A stretch of 32,000 nucleotides of DNA, from NCBI RefSeq assembly GCF_000940845.1, contig NZ_CP010341.1, forward strand, positions 210,001 to 242,000, written 5' to 3'. Position 1 is the first letter of the stretch, and each line of letters begins with the position of its first letter. A program made the position numbers and the translations under genes. The notes under the pieces were generated by a model. The model did no database searches. It was not told where the DNA came from and was given only the letters and a program-made list of their open reading frames with translations. Below are positions 1 to 8,368 of the stretch, piece by piece. Source of the stretch: Propionibacterium freudenreichii subsp. freudenreichii. GTDB lineage: Bacteria > Actinomycetota > Actinomycetes > Propionibacteriales > Propionibacteriaceae.

Positions 1-196
1 ACCCCTCGGCGCACATCGGGCGCAGGTCGGGTTCTTGTCTCCTCCTCAGGGGGGAGGCTCTCAGGGAAGCGCCCCAAAAGTGGAGGTATCCACAGGGTCG
101 CGGAAATTCGACGGGCGCCTTGTGGAAGGGTCGCGTCGTCAGACGAGTTGTGTGGACGAGTCGTGTACCGGCGGGATCGGGTCCGCTCGAACGCGC

Positions 197-883
197 TCAG
201 CCGCGCGGGTGCACCAGGCCGGCGTCGTAGGCGAAGACCACCATGTGCACCCGGTCGCGCAGCTCCAGCTTGGCCAGGATGTGGCCGATATGGGTCTTCA
301 CGGTGGCGCCGCCCAGGAACAGCGTCTCGGCGATCTCGGTGTTGTTGAGCCCCTGGCCCACCAGCGTGAGCACCTCGCGCTCGCGGTCGGTCAGCGCCTC
401 CAGCCGCTTCTTGGTGTCGCCCCCCGACTGGGCAGTGGGCAGCGTGGGCACGAAGCGCTCAAGCAGGCGTCGGGTGGCGCTGGGTGCCACCACGGAGTCG
501 CCCGAGGCCACGGCCCGGATGGCGGCCAGCAGCTCGGTGGGTCCGGCGTCCTTCAGCAGGAAGCCCGAGGCGCCGGCCTGCAGCGCCGAATAGACATATT
601 CGTCGAGGTCGAAGGTGGTGAGGATCAGCACGCGGGTGTCGCTGCCGGCCACGATCTCGCTGGTGGCGGCCACCCCGTCGAGCACGGGCATCCGGATGTC
701 CATCAGGGCGACGTCGGGGGCCTGTCCGGGTGCGGCCCGCAGCACCGCATCGACGGCGTCGCGGCCATTGGGGGCCTCGGCGACCACGGTCATATCGGGT
801 TGGGAGTCGAGCACCATGCGGAATCCCACCCGCACCATCTCCTGGTCGTCGGCCAGCAGCAGCCGGATCGGCTCATCGGGCAT
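197..883 (-). CDS. Two-component response regulator, NarL/LuxR (FixJ) family: REC domain plus C-terminal LuxR-type HTH
   Basis: Translation has the REC signature (IRLLLADDQEMVR ... DVALMDIRMPVLDG ... ILTTFD) and a LuxR HTH (LTDREREVLTLVGQGLNNTEIAETLFLGGATVKTHIGHILAKL). I chose the ATG at 883 (MPDEPIRLLL) over the ORF-track ATG at 904 because GGAGA lies about 5 nt upstream. It overlaps the kinase stop by 11 nt, suggesting coupled translation. Confidence 0.9.
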   Translation of the reverse strand: MPDEPIRLLLADDQEMVRVGFRMVLDSQPDMTVVAEAPNGRDAVDAVLRAAPGQAPDVALMDIRMPVLDGVAATSEIVAGSDTRVLILTTFDLDEYVYSALQAGASGFLLKDAGPTELLAAIRAVASGDSVVAPSATRRLLERFVPTLPTAQSGGDTKKRLEALTDREREVLTLVGQGLNNTEIAETLFLGGATVKTHIGHILAKLELRDRVHMVVFAYDAGLVHPRG

Positions 884-2192
884 TGTCTTCTCCCCTGCGA
901 CCATTGTCGTTCCCCCTGCGATGCGTGTCCGGGCGTGGACCTGCCGCCTGGGCGGCGGCGGATTGATCGCCCACCGGCAGCGTAGCGATCACCTCGAACC
1001 CGCCGTCGAGGCGATTGCGCGCCGTCAGCGTGCCGTGCGACGAGGCGACGCGTTCGCGCATGCCGATCAGGCCGTGCCCCAGGCCATCATTGTCCAGGGT
1101 GCCCTGGCCGTCATCGCGCACCCAGATGGTGAGTCCGGACGGGTCGTGGATGAGGCGCACCCAGGCCTGTGCGCCGGGTCCGGCGTGCTTGATCACATTG
1201 GTCAGTGACTCCTGCACGATGCGGTAGGCGGCCGCTTGCTGGGCGGGGCCGAGCGGGGCGTGCCATGCGGGGTCGCCGTCGATCGTGAGCTCGACGGGCA
1301 GCCCGGAGTTCGCCGTGGACGCCACCAGCTGGGGGATGTCGTCGAGTTGGGGTTGGGGCGCCATCTCGACGCTCTCGCCGTCGCGCAGCGCGCCCACCAG
1401 GGCGCGGGTGTCGCGTAACGCGGTGCGGGCCGTCTGTCCGATGGTGTCGAGAGCGCCGCGGGCCTGTTCCACCTGGGCGGCAGGGTCGCCGGGTTGGTCG
1501 AGCGCGTAGCGAATCCCGTCGGTCTGCACCACGATCACGCTGAGGGAGTGGGCCACCACGTCGTGCATCTCGCGTGAGATGCGGGAGCGCTCCTGCTCGG
1601 CGGCCAGCTCGGCAAAGCGGTCGCGTTCGCGTTCCAGGGCCTCGGCGCGGTCACGCAAGGATGCCACGGTGGCATGGCGTTCCCGGTTGAAGGCCCCCAG
1701 CAGCCAGCTGGCGAGCACCAAGGCCGACAGGCCGAGGAAGTTGAAGATGGCGACGGTCAGGAACTGTTCGAGGCCGTTGCCCTGATAGCTCCACCGCAGC
1801 CCGGCGGCCGCCGCGGCGAGGATTCCGACGCCCAGCCAGATGCGTCCGGCGCGCTGCGAGCCGTGCACCGCCACGGCATACATCATCATGATCACCGTGA
1901 TGTTGCCCGGCATCGGTTGCGAGGTGACCACCAGCTGCACCACATGGGGGATCAGCAGCAGCCAACAGGCCAGCACGGGACGGGTGCGCCGCCAGATCAT
2001 CGGGATGGCGAAAGAGAGGGCCCACACGATGGAGAGGACCTCCAACGTCGGCACGGGGCTGATGTGGACCCACCGGCTGTTGAGGTTGGCGGTGGCCACC
2101 AGGCTCGCAATGCCGATCAGGCCGGCCCATACCGAGTCGGCGAACATGGGATGGGCCCCGAACCAGTCGCTGACCTGTTTCACCCTGGGCAC
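873..2192 (-). CDS. Sensor histidine kinase, HisKA_3 (NarX/DesK-like) family with a multi-TM N-terminal sensor region
   Basis: H-box REMHDVVAHSLSVIVVQTDG, a preceding coiled-coil segment, a C-terminal HATPase_c (NVIKHAGPG ... DDGQG ... GHGLIGMRERV), and several hydrophobic helices at the N-terminus. GTG start at 2192. Immediately upstream of the cognate regulator. Confidence 0.9.
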   Translation of the reverse strand: MPRVKQVSDWFGAHPMFADSVWAGLIGIASLVATANLNSRWVHISPVPTLEVLSIVWALSFAIPMIWRRTRPVLACWLLLIPHVVQLVVTSQPMPGNITVIMMMYAVAVHGSQRAGRIWLGVGILAAAAAGLRWSYQGNGLEQFLTVAIFNFLGLSALVLASWLLGAFNRERHATVASLRDRAEALERERDRFAELAAEQERSRISREMHDVVAHSLSVIVVQTDGIRYALDQPGDPAAQVEQARGALDTIGQTARTALRDTRALVGALRDGESVEMAPQPQLDDIPQLVASTANSGLPVELTIDGDPAWHAPLGPAQQAAAYRIVQESLTNVIKHAGPGAQAWVRLIHDPSGLTIWVRDDGQGTLDNDGLGHGLIGMRERVASSHGTLTARNRLDGGFEVIATLPVGDQSAAAQAAGPRPDTHRRGNDNGRRGEDNAR

Positions 2193-2278
2193 GACGACAC
2201 CTTAGGCGGCAGGGGCAGCGGGGAGGTCATCACCCCATTGTGCGTGCGACGACGCCGCGAGCGCGTCCACCCCCAGTC

Positions 2279-2353
2279 GGATTCAGCGGGGTTGGATTCG
2301 GCGGGGCTGGATTCAGCGGGCTTGGATTCGCGGGGGTTGGCTTCCCGGCCCGT
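2279..2353. repeat. 15-bp tandem repeat, 4 good units plus 1 degenerate (GGATTCAGCGGGGTT-like)
   Basis: Read directly: ggattcagcggggtt / ggattcggcggggct / ggattcagcgggctt / ggattcgcgggggtt / ggcttcccggcccgt. It lies between the sortase stop (2356) and the kinase start (2192). Confidence 0.85.
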
Positions 2354-2355
2354 CC

Positions 2356-3009
2356 TCACCGCAGCTGGGCGACCACCACGAGGTTGTCCGGGGAGCTGCC
2401 GTCGGGCTGCTCGAGGCAGGTGATGAGCACCAGGCGTCCGGGCACGGCGTCCCACAGGTCCTGTGCCGCGGGAAGCTGCGTCTTGCCGACCGCCCGCCAC
2501 GACTGGGCGATGTAGTCGTGGCCGTCCACGTCGATCAGGTCGCCGGGGTTCACCGCCGAACTGCCCTTGTCCACATTGAGCAGGTAGTTGCCCGGCGCGC
2601 GGCCCCTGCTCACCGAATGGCTCACCACATAGACCGTGCCGCTGGTCGCGTCGGCGGGCGCCACGCCCACATTGCGCACCCAATAGGCCTGCGTGAAGCC
2701 CGGGGGATTGACCACATTGTCGACGGCCAGCATCGAGCCCAGGGGCACGTCCAACCCCACCGAGGGCACCTGCAGGCGCCCCGAATCGGCGTCGCGCACC
2801 TGCATCTGGTCGATTGTCGAGGGGGCCGGGGTATTGCCCGGCGCGAAGCGCACCGGATTGCCGGCCATGTCGCGTGGCGCGTCACGCGACGCATTGAGCG
2901 AACGCACCACCAGCACCGCGCCTGCCGCCACGAGCACCAGGGCGACGAGTGCCGCCACCAGGGCCACGAGCCGACGGGGCCGGCGCGTGGCATGCCGTTG
3001 GGTTGTCAT
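2356..3009 (-). CDS. Class F sortase-like transpeptidase, membrane anchored
   Basis: N-terminal TM anchor (LVALVAALVALVLVAAGAVLVV). A candidate catalytic His in VYVVSHS, the Cys motif LVLITC (TLxTC-like), and a C-terminal Arg (VVAQLR). Start set at ATG 3009 (MTTQRH); the longer ORF-track start at 3120 adds an implausible leader. Confidence 0.7.
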   Translation of the reverse strand: MTTQRHATRRPRRLVALVAALVALVLVAAGAVLVVRSLNASRDAPRDMAGNPVRFAPGNTPAPSTIDQMQVRDADSGRLQVPSVGLDVPLGSMLAVDNVVNPPGFTQAYWVRNVGVAPADATSGTVYVVSHSVSRGRAPGNYLLNVDKGSSAVNPGDLIDVDGHDYIAQSWRAVGKTQLPAAQDLWDAVPGRLVLITCLEQPDGSSPDNLVVVAQLR

Positions 3010-3137
3010 GATCCGGTTGCGCCGTCCTCCCAAGGTCACGTCCGCCGATTCGCGCCCCACGTTAGTCCGCCCGACAAGGCCCGATGCCGCGTTCCGGAGT
3101 CCTTCTGGGCTGCCCCGCACGGTGGCAGGATTTCGCC

Positions 3138-3743
3138 ATGAAGAGCACTCGCTTGGAAGCGTTCAGCGATGGCGTGCTGGCCATCATCATCACGATCATG
3201 GTGTTGGAGCTGCACACCCCCGAGGGCAATGGCTTCTCCGACCTGGTGCATGAGACCGGCCTGGGCTTCCTCAGCTATTTGCTGAGCTTCGTCTACGTCG
3301 GCATCTACTGGACCAACCACCACCATTACTTCCAACTGGTGGAGCGGGTCGACGGGCGGGTGCTGTGGGGCAACCTCAACCTGCTGTTCTGGCTGTCGCT
3401 GCTGCCGATGACCACCGACTGGATGGATGCCTCAGATCTGTCACGCGTACCGGTACTGATCTATGGCGTTGACCTGCTACTGGCCGCGGCGTCGTACTGG
3501 CTGTTGTCGCACACGCTGGTGCGTAGCCAGCCCTCCGAGTCGCTGCTCAACCAGGCGCTGGGCGATGATCGCAAGGGATTCTGGTCTCCCATCCTGTACG
3601 GCATCGGCATCGCCGCGGCTGCGGGGGCCGACTACCTGCCGGGACATCTGGGCGTGGGTATCGCGATCGCGATGTACCTGCTCACCGGTCTGCTCTGGGT
3701 GATTCCCGATCGTCGTGTCGAGCGTCTGGTGGCCTTGAGCTGA
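3138..3743 (+). CDS. TMEM175-family (DUF1211) putative potassium channel
   Basis: The N-terminus MKSTRLEAFSDGVLAIIITIMVLEL carries the RxxxFSDGV signature of helix 1. About 6 TM helices, about 200 aa. Start at ATG 3138 rather than ORF-track 3084. Confidence 0.8.
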   Translation: MKSTRLEAFSDGVLAIIITIMVLELHTPEGNGFSDLVHETGLGFLSYLLSFVYVGIYWTNHHHYFQLVERVDGRVLWGNLNLLFWLSLLPMTTDWMDASDLSRVPVLIYGVDLLLAAASYWLLSHTLVRSQPSESLLNQALGDDRKGFWSPILYGIGIAAAAGADYLPGHLGVGIAIAMYLLTGLLWVIPDRRVERLVALS

Positions 3744-3906
3744 GCGTTGCCCGCGAACGGCGCGGCGGCGTCGCATCGGGCCAGCTGCGAGGACGCTGGA
3801 CGGGAGTCTGTGTTCGGGGCATTTCCCCTTGTGTTTCACAAGTAGGATGGTGTTATCTGGCGGGGCCTCCCCTCCGGGGAGCCCCCCGTGTTGCCAAGGA
3901 GGCACC

Positions 3907-4221
3907 GTGAGCACTGTCAACGTTGAGAACAACCCGAAGCAGGGACGCTACGAAGCACATATCGACGGCGATCTCGCCGGCTTCGCCGAGTACATGTTGT
4001 CGGGTGACAAGCTTATCGTGTTCACCCACACCGAGGTGGAGCCCAACTTCGAGGGCCAGGGCGTGGGCAGCAAGATCGCCCGCTTCGCGCTGGACGACGT
4101 CCGCGACGATGGTTCGCGTTCGGTCCTGCCGCTGTGCCCCTTCATCAAGGGCTGGATCCTGCGTCACCCCGATTACAAGGACCTCGTGTACCGCGCCAAG
4201 CCGTCCAATGTGAAGGACTGA
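3907..4221 (+). CDS. Small GNAT-family N-acetyltransferase (YjdJ-like)
   Basis: 104-aa protein with the typical YjdJ-type layout (NNPKQGRYEAHIDGDLAGFAEYML..IVFTHTEV.P.FEGQGVGSKIA..AL...R......V.PLCPF). GTG start at 3907 preceded by AAGGAGG at 3895-3901. Confidence 0.75.
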   Translation: MSTVNVENNPKQGRYEAHIDGDLAGFAEYMLSGDKLIVFTHTEVEPNFEGQGVGSKIARFALDDVRDDGSRSVLPLCPFIKGWILRHPDYKDLVYRAKPSNVKD

Positions 4222-4309
4222 CGCCGGGCTGAGCGGCGTCGATCGGATCCGTGCTGAGGAGTCGGGCCCGATCCCCATGGAGCATCAACAGAACAACAAG
4301 GAGTGACTT

Positions 4310-4543
4310 ATGGCCCGCAAGACATACACCGGCCCCGAGGTCGACGTGACCTTCGACGGCGAGGTCTGCCGGCACGCTGCGGAGTGCGTACGCGGCATGC
4401 CCGAGGTCTTCGACATCGACAAGCGTCCCTGGATCAACCCGACGGTGGCTGACACCCCTGAGCTGGCACAGCATCTGCGCGATGTCGTCTCGCGTTGCCC
4501 CTCCGGTGCGCTGCGCATCGTGGAGCATCCCGTCGAGGCATAG
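4310..4543 (+). CDS. Divergent 4Fe-4S mono-cluster protein (YjdI/DUF1271-like)
   Basis: 77 aa; the motif V.VTFDG..C.H...CVRG.P.VF......PWI.P and a C-terminal CPSGAL give 4 Cys. It is paired with the YjdJ-like GNAT as in enterobacterial yjdI-yjdJ. GGAG lies upstream of the ATG. Confidence 0.7.
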   Translation: MARKTYTGPEVDVTFDGEVCRHAAECVRGMPEVFDIDKRPWINPTVADTPELAQHLRDVVSRCPSGALRIVEHPVEA

Positions 4544-4575
4544 GGGGCCTTCCTCCATGCGGGGGAGTTCCTGAA

Positions 4576-4617
4576 CAGGCAGCAACAAGGGCCGGGCCCG
4601 AAGGTTTTCCTTCGGGC
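4576..4617. terminator. Bidirectional hairpin terminator between convergent genes
   Basis: Perfect 19-bp stem caagggccgggcccgaagg / ccttcgggcccggcccttg with a tttt loop, between the 4310-4543(+) and 4677-5051(-) genes. Confidence 0.75.
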
Positions 4618-4676
4618 CCGGCCCTTGTCATCCCAGCGGTGTTCCGGGTTCGCCGAGTCACGCAGTCGGTTCGCAG

Positions 4677-5051
4677 TTAGTGGATGCCCACCAGGTCACA
4701 GACGAACACGAGCGTCTCATTGGGCTTGATCACGCCACCGGCGCCGCGCGCGCCGTAGCCGAGCTGCGGGGGGATCACGAGGCGGCGTCGGCCACCGACC
4801 TTCATGCCCTGCACGCCATTGTCCCATCCGCTGATCACCTGGCCGACACCCAGCTGGAAGCTGAGCGGCTCGCCACGGCCGTAGCTGGAATCGAATTCCT
4901 GGCCGTTGCTCAGGGCCACGCCCACATAGTGCACGTCCACCAGGTCGCCGGCCTTCGCCTCCGGGCCAGTGCCCTCCACGATGTCTTCGATCACCAGGTC
5001 GTCGGGTGCCTCATCGGGCAGCGTGACCTCGGGCTTGTTCGGATTAGTCAT
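4677..5051 (-). CDS. FKBP-type peptidyl-prolyl cis-trans isomerase
   Basis: Canonical FKBP core: VHYVGVALSNGQEFDSSYGRGEPLSFQLGVGQVISGWDNGVQGMKVGGRRRLVIPPQLGYGARG...IKPNETLVFVCDLVGI. Confidence 0.9.
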   Translation of the reverse strand: MTNPNKPEVTLPDEAPDDLVIEDIVEGTGPEAKAGDLVDVHYVGVALSNGQEFDSSYGRGEPLSFQLGVGQVISGWDNGVQGMKVGGRRRLVIPPQLGYGARGAGGVIKPNETLVFVCDLVGIH

Positions 5052-5124
5052 GCACGCCAGCCTATGCGCGGGCCGGTGGGGTGGGCGCCCACTGGGCAGC
5101 GCGTTTCGGTACGATCCGGTGCGC

Positions 5125-5748
5125 TCAGCTGAGTTCGATCACCGCATCGGCCCGGCCGATCTGGGCGCGCACGGTGCGGGCGTTGCGCTCGTCGGGACCC
5201 AGCGTCCACCGTTCGGCGTGCTGGGCGGTCTTGCCGAAGGCCATGTGGCGGTTGATGAGGCGCTTGTGGCGCAGGTCCTGGTTGGTCTGCAGGAACCAGA
5301 TCTCGTCGAACATGTCGTGGGCCAGGCCCCAGGGGCGTCCGGGCAGCAGCAGGTAGTTGCCCTCGGCGATCACCAGCGGCACGTGCTTGTCCACGCGGAT
5401 GGCACCGGCCACGGGGTTGTGGAGTTCCCGGTGGTACTCGGGCGCATAGACGGCCGGGGCGTCATTTGTGGTGAGCCGCTGCATCAGCGACAGAAAGCCC
5501 CACGAATCGAAGGTGTCGGGTGCTCCCTTCCGGCTCGCGCGCCCGAGCCGTTCGAGCTCCTTCTGGGCGAGATGGAAACCATCCATCGACACGGCCACTG
5601 CGTCGGCGCCGAGGTCGGCGGCAAGCAGTGCTGCCAGGGTCGACTTGCCGACGCCGGGCTCGCCGGTGAGGCCCAGCAGATGCCGTTCACCGTGCTTCGC
5701 CAATTCGTGGGCTGCCGTCAGCGATTCGGAAACGGTCATCGTGCGCAT
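5125..5748 (-). CDS. P-loop nucleoside/nucleotide kinase family protein (uridine/pantothenate kinase-like fold)
   Basis: Walker A motif GLTGEPGVGKSTLA; size about 205 aa; overall similarity to the PRK/uridine-kinase-like family. Substrate cannot be called from sequence. Confidence 0.65.
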   Translation of the reverse strand: MRTMTVSESLTAAHELAKHGERHLLGLTGEPGVGKSTLAALLAADLGADAVAVSMDGFHLAQKELERLGRASRKGAPDTFDSWGFLSLMQRLTTNDAPAVYAPEYHRELHNPVAGAIRVDKHVPLVIAEGNYLLLPGRPWGLAHDMFDEIWFLQTNQDLRHKRLINRHMAFGKTAQHAERWTLGPDERNARTVRAQIGRADAVIELS

Positions 5749-5886
5749 GTGCGAAGCCTACGGCGCAGCATGCGTGACCCCGTGTTCGTGAGCTTGTGTT
5801 CGTGGTTCGCCGACCCGTGATCAGGCGGGCTCGGCGGCGGCATGCGGACGCCGGTTTTGTCACAGGCGCGTGTCACAATCGAGATC

Positions 5887-6498
5887 ATGGCCGGATACGC
5901 AGTGCTGGACCTCGAGACCACAGGCTTCTCGCCCGCCCGGGGCGATCGCATCATCGAGATCGGCCTGGTGCGCCTTGACCCGCAGGGCCATGTGGACGAC
6001 GAGTGGTCCACGCTGGTGAATCCCCGGCGCACGGTGCGCGCCACGCGCGTGCACCACATCACCTCGGCGGATGTCGCGGCGGCCCCCACAATGGCCGAGC
6101 TGGCCCCCGGGCTCGTCGACAAGCTGCGTGACCGGGTGGTGGTGGCGCACAATTCGTCGTTCGACGTGGGCTTCCTCACCGCCGAGCTGCGTACCGCCGG
6201 CATGACGATTCCGCCCGAGCCGATTCCCTCGGTGTGCACGATGCGCCAGTCCACCCGCTTCCTGCATGCCCGCAGCCGTCGGCTGGTCGATTGCTGTGAG
6301 GCGGCGGGCGTCTCGTTGCGCGATGCGCATTCGGCACTGGGCGATGCCCGGGCCACCGCCGAGCTGTTCGGCCATTACCTGCGGGCGGCCGGTGGCGAGC
6401 TGCCCTGGCAGGACGTGGTCGATCGCGCGCGGCGCTACCCGTGGCCGCAGGCGCTGTTCGTGGAGCCTCAGACGCACCTGGTGCAGCGTCCTGAGTGA
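5887..6498 (+). CDS. DEDDh 3'-5' exonuclease (DNA polymerase III epsilon-like)
   Basis: ExoI motif YAVLDLETTGFSP..DRIIEIG, ExoII VVAHNSSFDVGFL, ExoIII HSALGDARATAELF. Start placed at ATG 5887 (MAGYAVLDLETTG) rather than ORF-track 5842. Confidence 0.8.
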   Translation: MAGYAVLDLETTGFSPARGDRIIEIGLVRLDPQGHVDDEWSTLVNPRRTVRATRVHHITSADVAAAPTMAELAPGLVDKLRDRVVVAHNSSFDVGFLTAELRTAGMTIPPEPIPSVCTMRQSTRFLHARSRRLVDCCEAAGVSLRDAHSALGDARATAELFGHYLRAAGGELPWQDVVDRARRYPWPQALFVEPQTHLVQRPE

Positions 6499-6849
6499 GC
6501 CCCCCGGGTGCGTCGCGTGGGGGTGCGCGCACCGCAAGCGAAGCGGTCTGATTCCGGGGACCCCCGCCTTGCGACCGGAAGCCATCGTGCCCCGGTTTTC
6601 CCCTGACCCTTGCGCTGTGATAGCCCCTGTATCGAGCGTGGATCGAGGGTTACCCGGCATCTGTTCGCTGCAGGCGAAATCGGCGTCGGTCCGGCCGAGA
6701 TTTGAGCGCATCGCCGCTACATAGACCCCCCCTTACGAGGCCCCCAAGAACGTCTTGTATGCTTGCGGGCGGCCGAGATCTGGACCGATTTGGTCCGTTT
6801 CTGTGCGCGAAGGATGCGATACACCCTGTCTCCGCAGTAGGTTGCGGCT

Positions 6850-8352
6850 ATGGACGCTCAGGTACTAGCGCGGTGGCAGTTCGGCATCACCACCGTCTAT
6901 CACTACTTCTTTGTGCCGATTACGCTCGGCATCACATGGCTTCTGGCGATCCTTCAGACGCTGTGGGTGCGTTCGGGCAATGACCAGTGGCTTCGCCTGG
7001 TGAAGTTCTTCGGCAAGCTCTTCCTGATCAACTTCGCGGCCGGTGTCGTGACGGGCATCGTGCAGGAGTTCCAGTTCGGGATGAACTGGTCTGAGTACTC
7101 CCGGTTCGTGGGCGACATCTTCGGCGCCCCGCTGGCCCTCGAGGCCCTGATCGCCTTCTTCCTCGAGTCGACGTTCGTCGGCCTGTGGATCTTCGGCTGG
7201 AATCGGCTTCCCAAGGGCCTGCACCTGGCCACCATCTGGCTCACCGCGCTCGGCAGCTTCATCTCGTCGATCTTCATCCTGGCTGCCAACTCCTGGATGC
7301 AGAACCCCGTGGGTGCCGTCTACAACGCAGCCACCGGTCGCGCTGAGCTGTCCGACTTCCTGGCGCTGATCACCAACCCGGTGTTCCTCGCCACCCTCCC
7401 GCACACCATCGGTGCTGCGTTCATGACCGCCGGTGCATTGCTGCTCGGCGTCTCCGGCTGGTGGCTCGCCAAGAAGCGTCGCGACGCCCAGCCGGCCGAT
7501 TCGCTGGACACCTCCACGTGGCGCAAGTCGGCACGTTTCTCCGCCTGGGTGCTCATCCTGGCCTCGCTGGTCACCTTCATCTCCGGTGACTTCCAGGGCA
7601 AGGTCGAGGCTGAATACCAGCCGATGAAGCTGGCCGCCGCAGAGGGCCTGCTCGAGACCCAGGAGAGCGCCCCGTTCTCGGTGGTCGCCATCATCACCAC
7701 CGAGGGATCCGGCCAGGACAAGACGTACCACAAGGTCTTCAGCCTGGACGTGCCCGGTGTGTTGAGCATCCTGGCCAAGAACGATCCGAACGCCAAGGTC
7801 CAGGGCATCCAGGACCTGCGTGAGTCCTACCTGCAGGAGGGCTACGCCACCGACAACGGCACGCAGAACGCCCTGCAGTCGCAGTTCGCCGACGAACTGA
7901 AGGCCATGCCGGTCGATCCGGTGCCGAATGTGATGGTCAACTACTACAGCTTCCGGCTCATGATCGGGCTCGGCGTGCTGGCCTTCATCATCGGCATCGC
8001 CACGCTGGTGCAGACCCGCCGCGATCACCTGCCAAAGGGCGGCAAGTTCTACGCCGTGCTGATGGCCTGCCTGCCGTTCATGCCGCTGTTCGCCAACTCC
8101 TTCGGCTGGATCCTCACCGAGCTCGGGCGGCAGCCATGGATCGTCAATGGCGTATTGCCCACCTGGACGGCCGCCTCACCGGGCAACGGTGCCGGCGCCA
8201 TGTGGCTGACGATGATCCTGTACACGCTGGTGTACGCGGTCGTGGCGGTCATCGTGCTGAAGCTGTTCATCAAGACGATCAAGGAAGGACTCCCCGCGCT
8301 GGTGAAGGTGGAGAAGCCGACCGACGACGCCCCACTGTCCTTCGCGTACTGA
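6850..8352 (+). CDS. cydA: Cytochrome bd-type quinol oxidase subunit I
   Basis: N-terminus MDAQVLARWQFGITTVYHYFFVPITLG, the Q-loop region, and GRQPW near the C-terminus are hallmark CydA features. 500 aa. Confidence 0.95.
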   Translation: MDAQVLARWQFGITTVYHYFFVPITLGITWLLAILQTLWVRSGNDQWLRLVKFFGKLFLINFAAGVVTGIVQEFQFGMNWSEYSRFVGDIFGAPLALEALIAFFLESTFVGLWIFGWNRLPKGLHLATIWLTALGSFISSIFILAANSWMQNPVGAVYNAATGRAELSDFLALITNPVFLATLPHTIGAAFMTAGALLLGVSGWWLAKKRRDAQPADSLDTSTWRKSARFSAWVLILASLVTFISGDFQGKVEAEYQPMKLAAAEGLLETQESAPFSVVAIITTEGSGQDKTYHKVFSLDVPGVLSILAKNDPNAKVQGIQDLRESYLQEGYATDNGTQNALQSQFADELKAMPVDPVPNVMVNYYSFRLMIGLGVLAFIIGIATLVQTRRDHLPKGGKFYAVLMACLPFMPLFANSFGWILTELGRQPWIVNGVLPTWTAASPGNGAGAMWLTMILYTLVYAVVAVIVLKLFIKTIKEGLPALVKVEKPTDDAPLSFAY

Positions 8353-8368
8353 GGCTGGAGACATAGAC

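Noticed and set aside
35-985. 316-aa plus-strand ORF at the left edge
   Set aside because: It lies exactly antisense to the well-supported response regulator gene. Its composition (Gly/His/Gln/Arg-rich) and its lack of any recognisable motif mark it as a shadow ORF typical of high-GC DNA.
2279-2353. Could any of the tandem repeat arrays (2279, 16807, 27016) be CRISPR arrays?
   Set aside because: The units are 13-18 bp and directly abutting, with no unique spacers, and there are no cas genes. These are minisatellites, not CRISPRs.
6865-8028. 387-aa minus-strand ORF
   Set aside because: Antisense to cydA. It is rich in Asp/His/Arg/Gln/Glu, has no TM or domain signature, and has poor third-position bias compared with the cydA frame.
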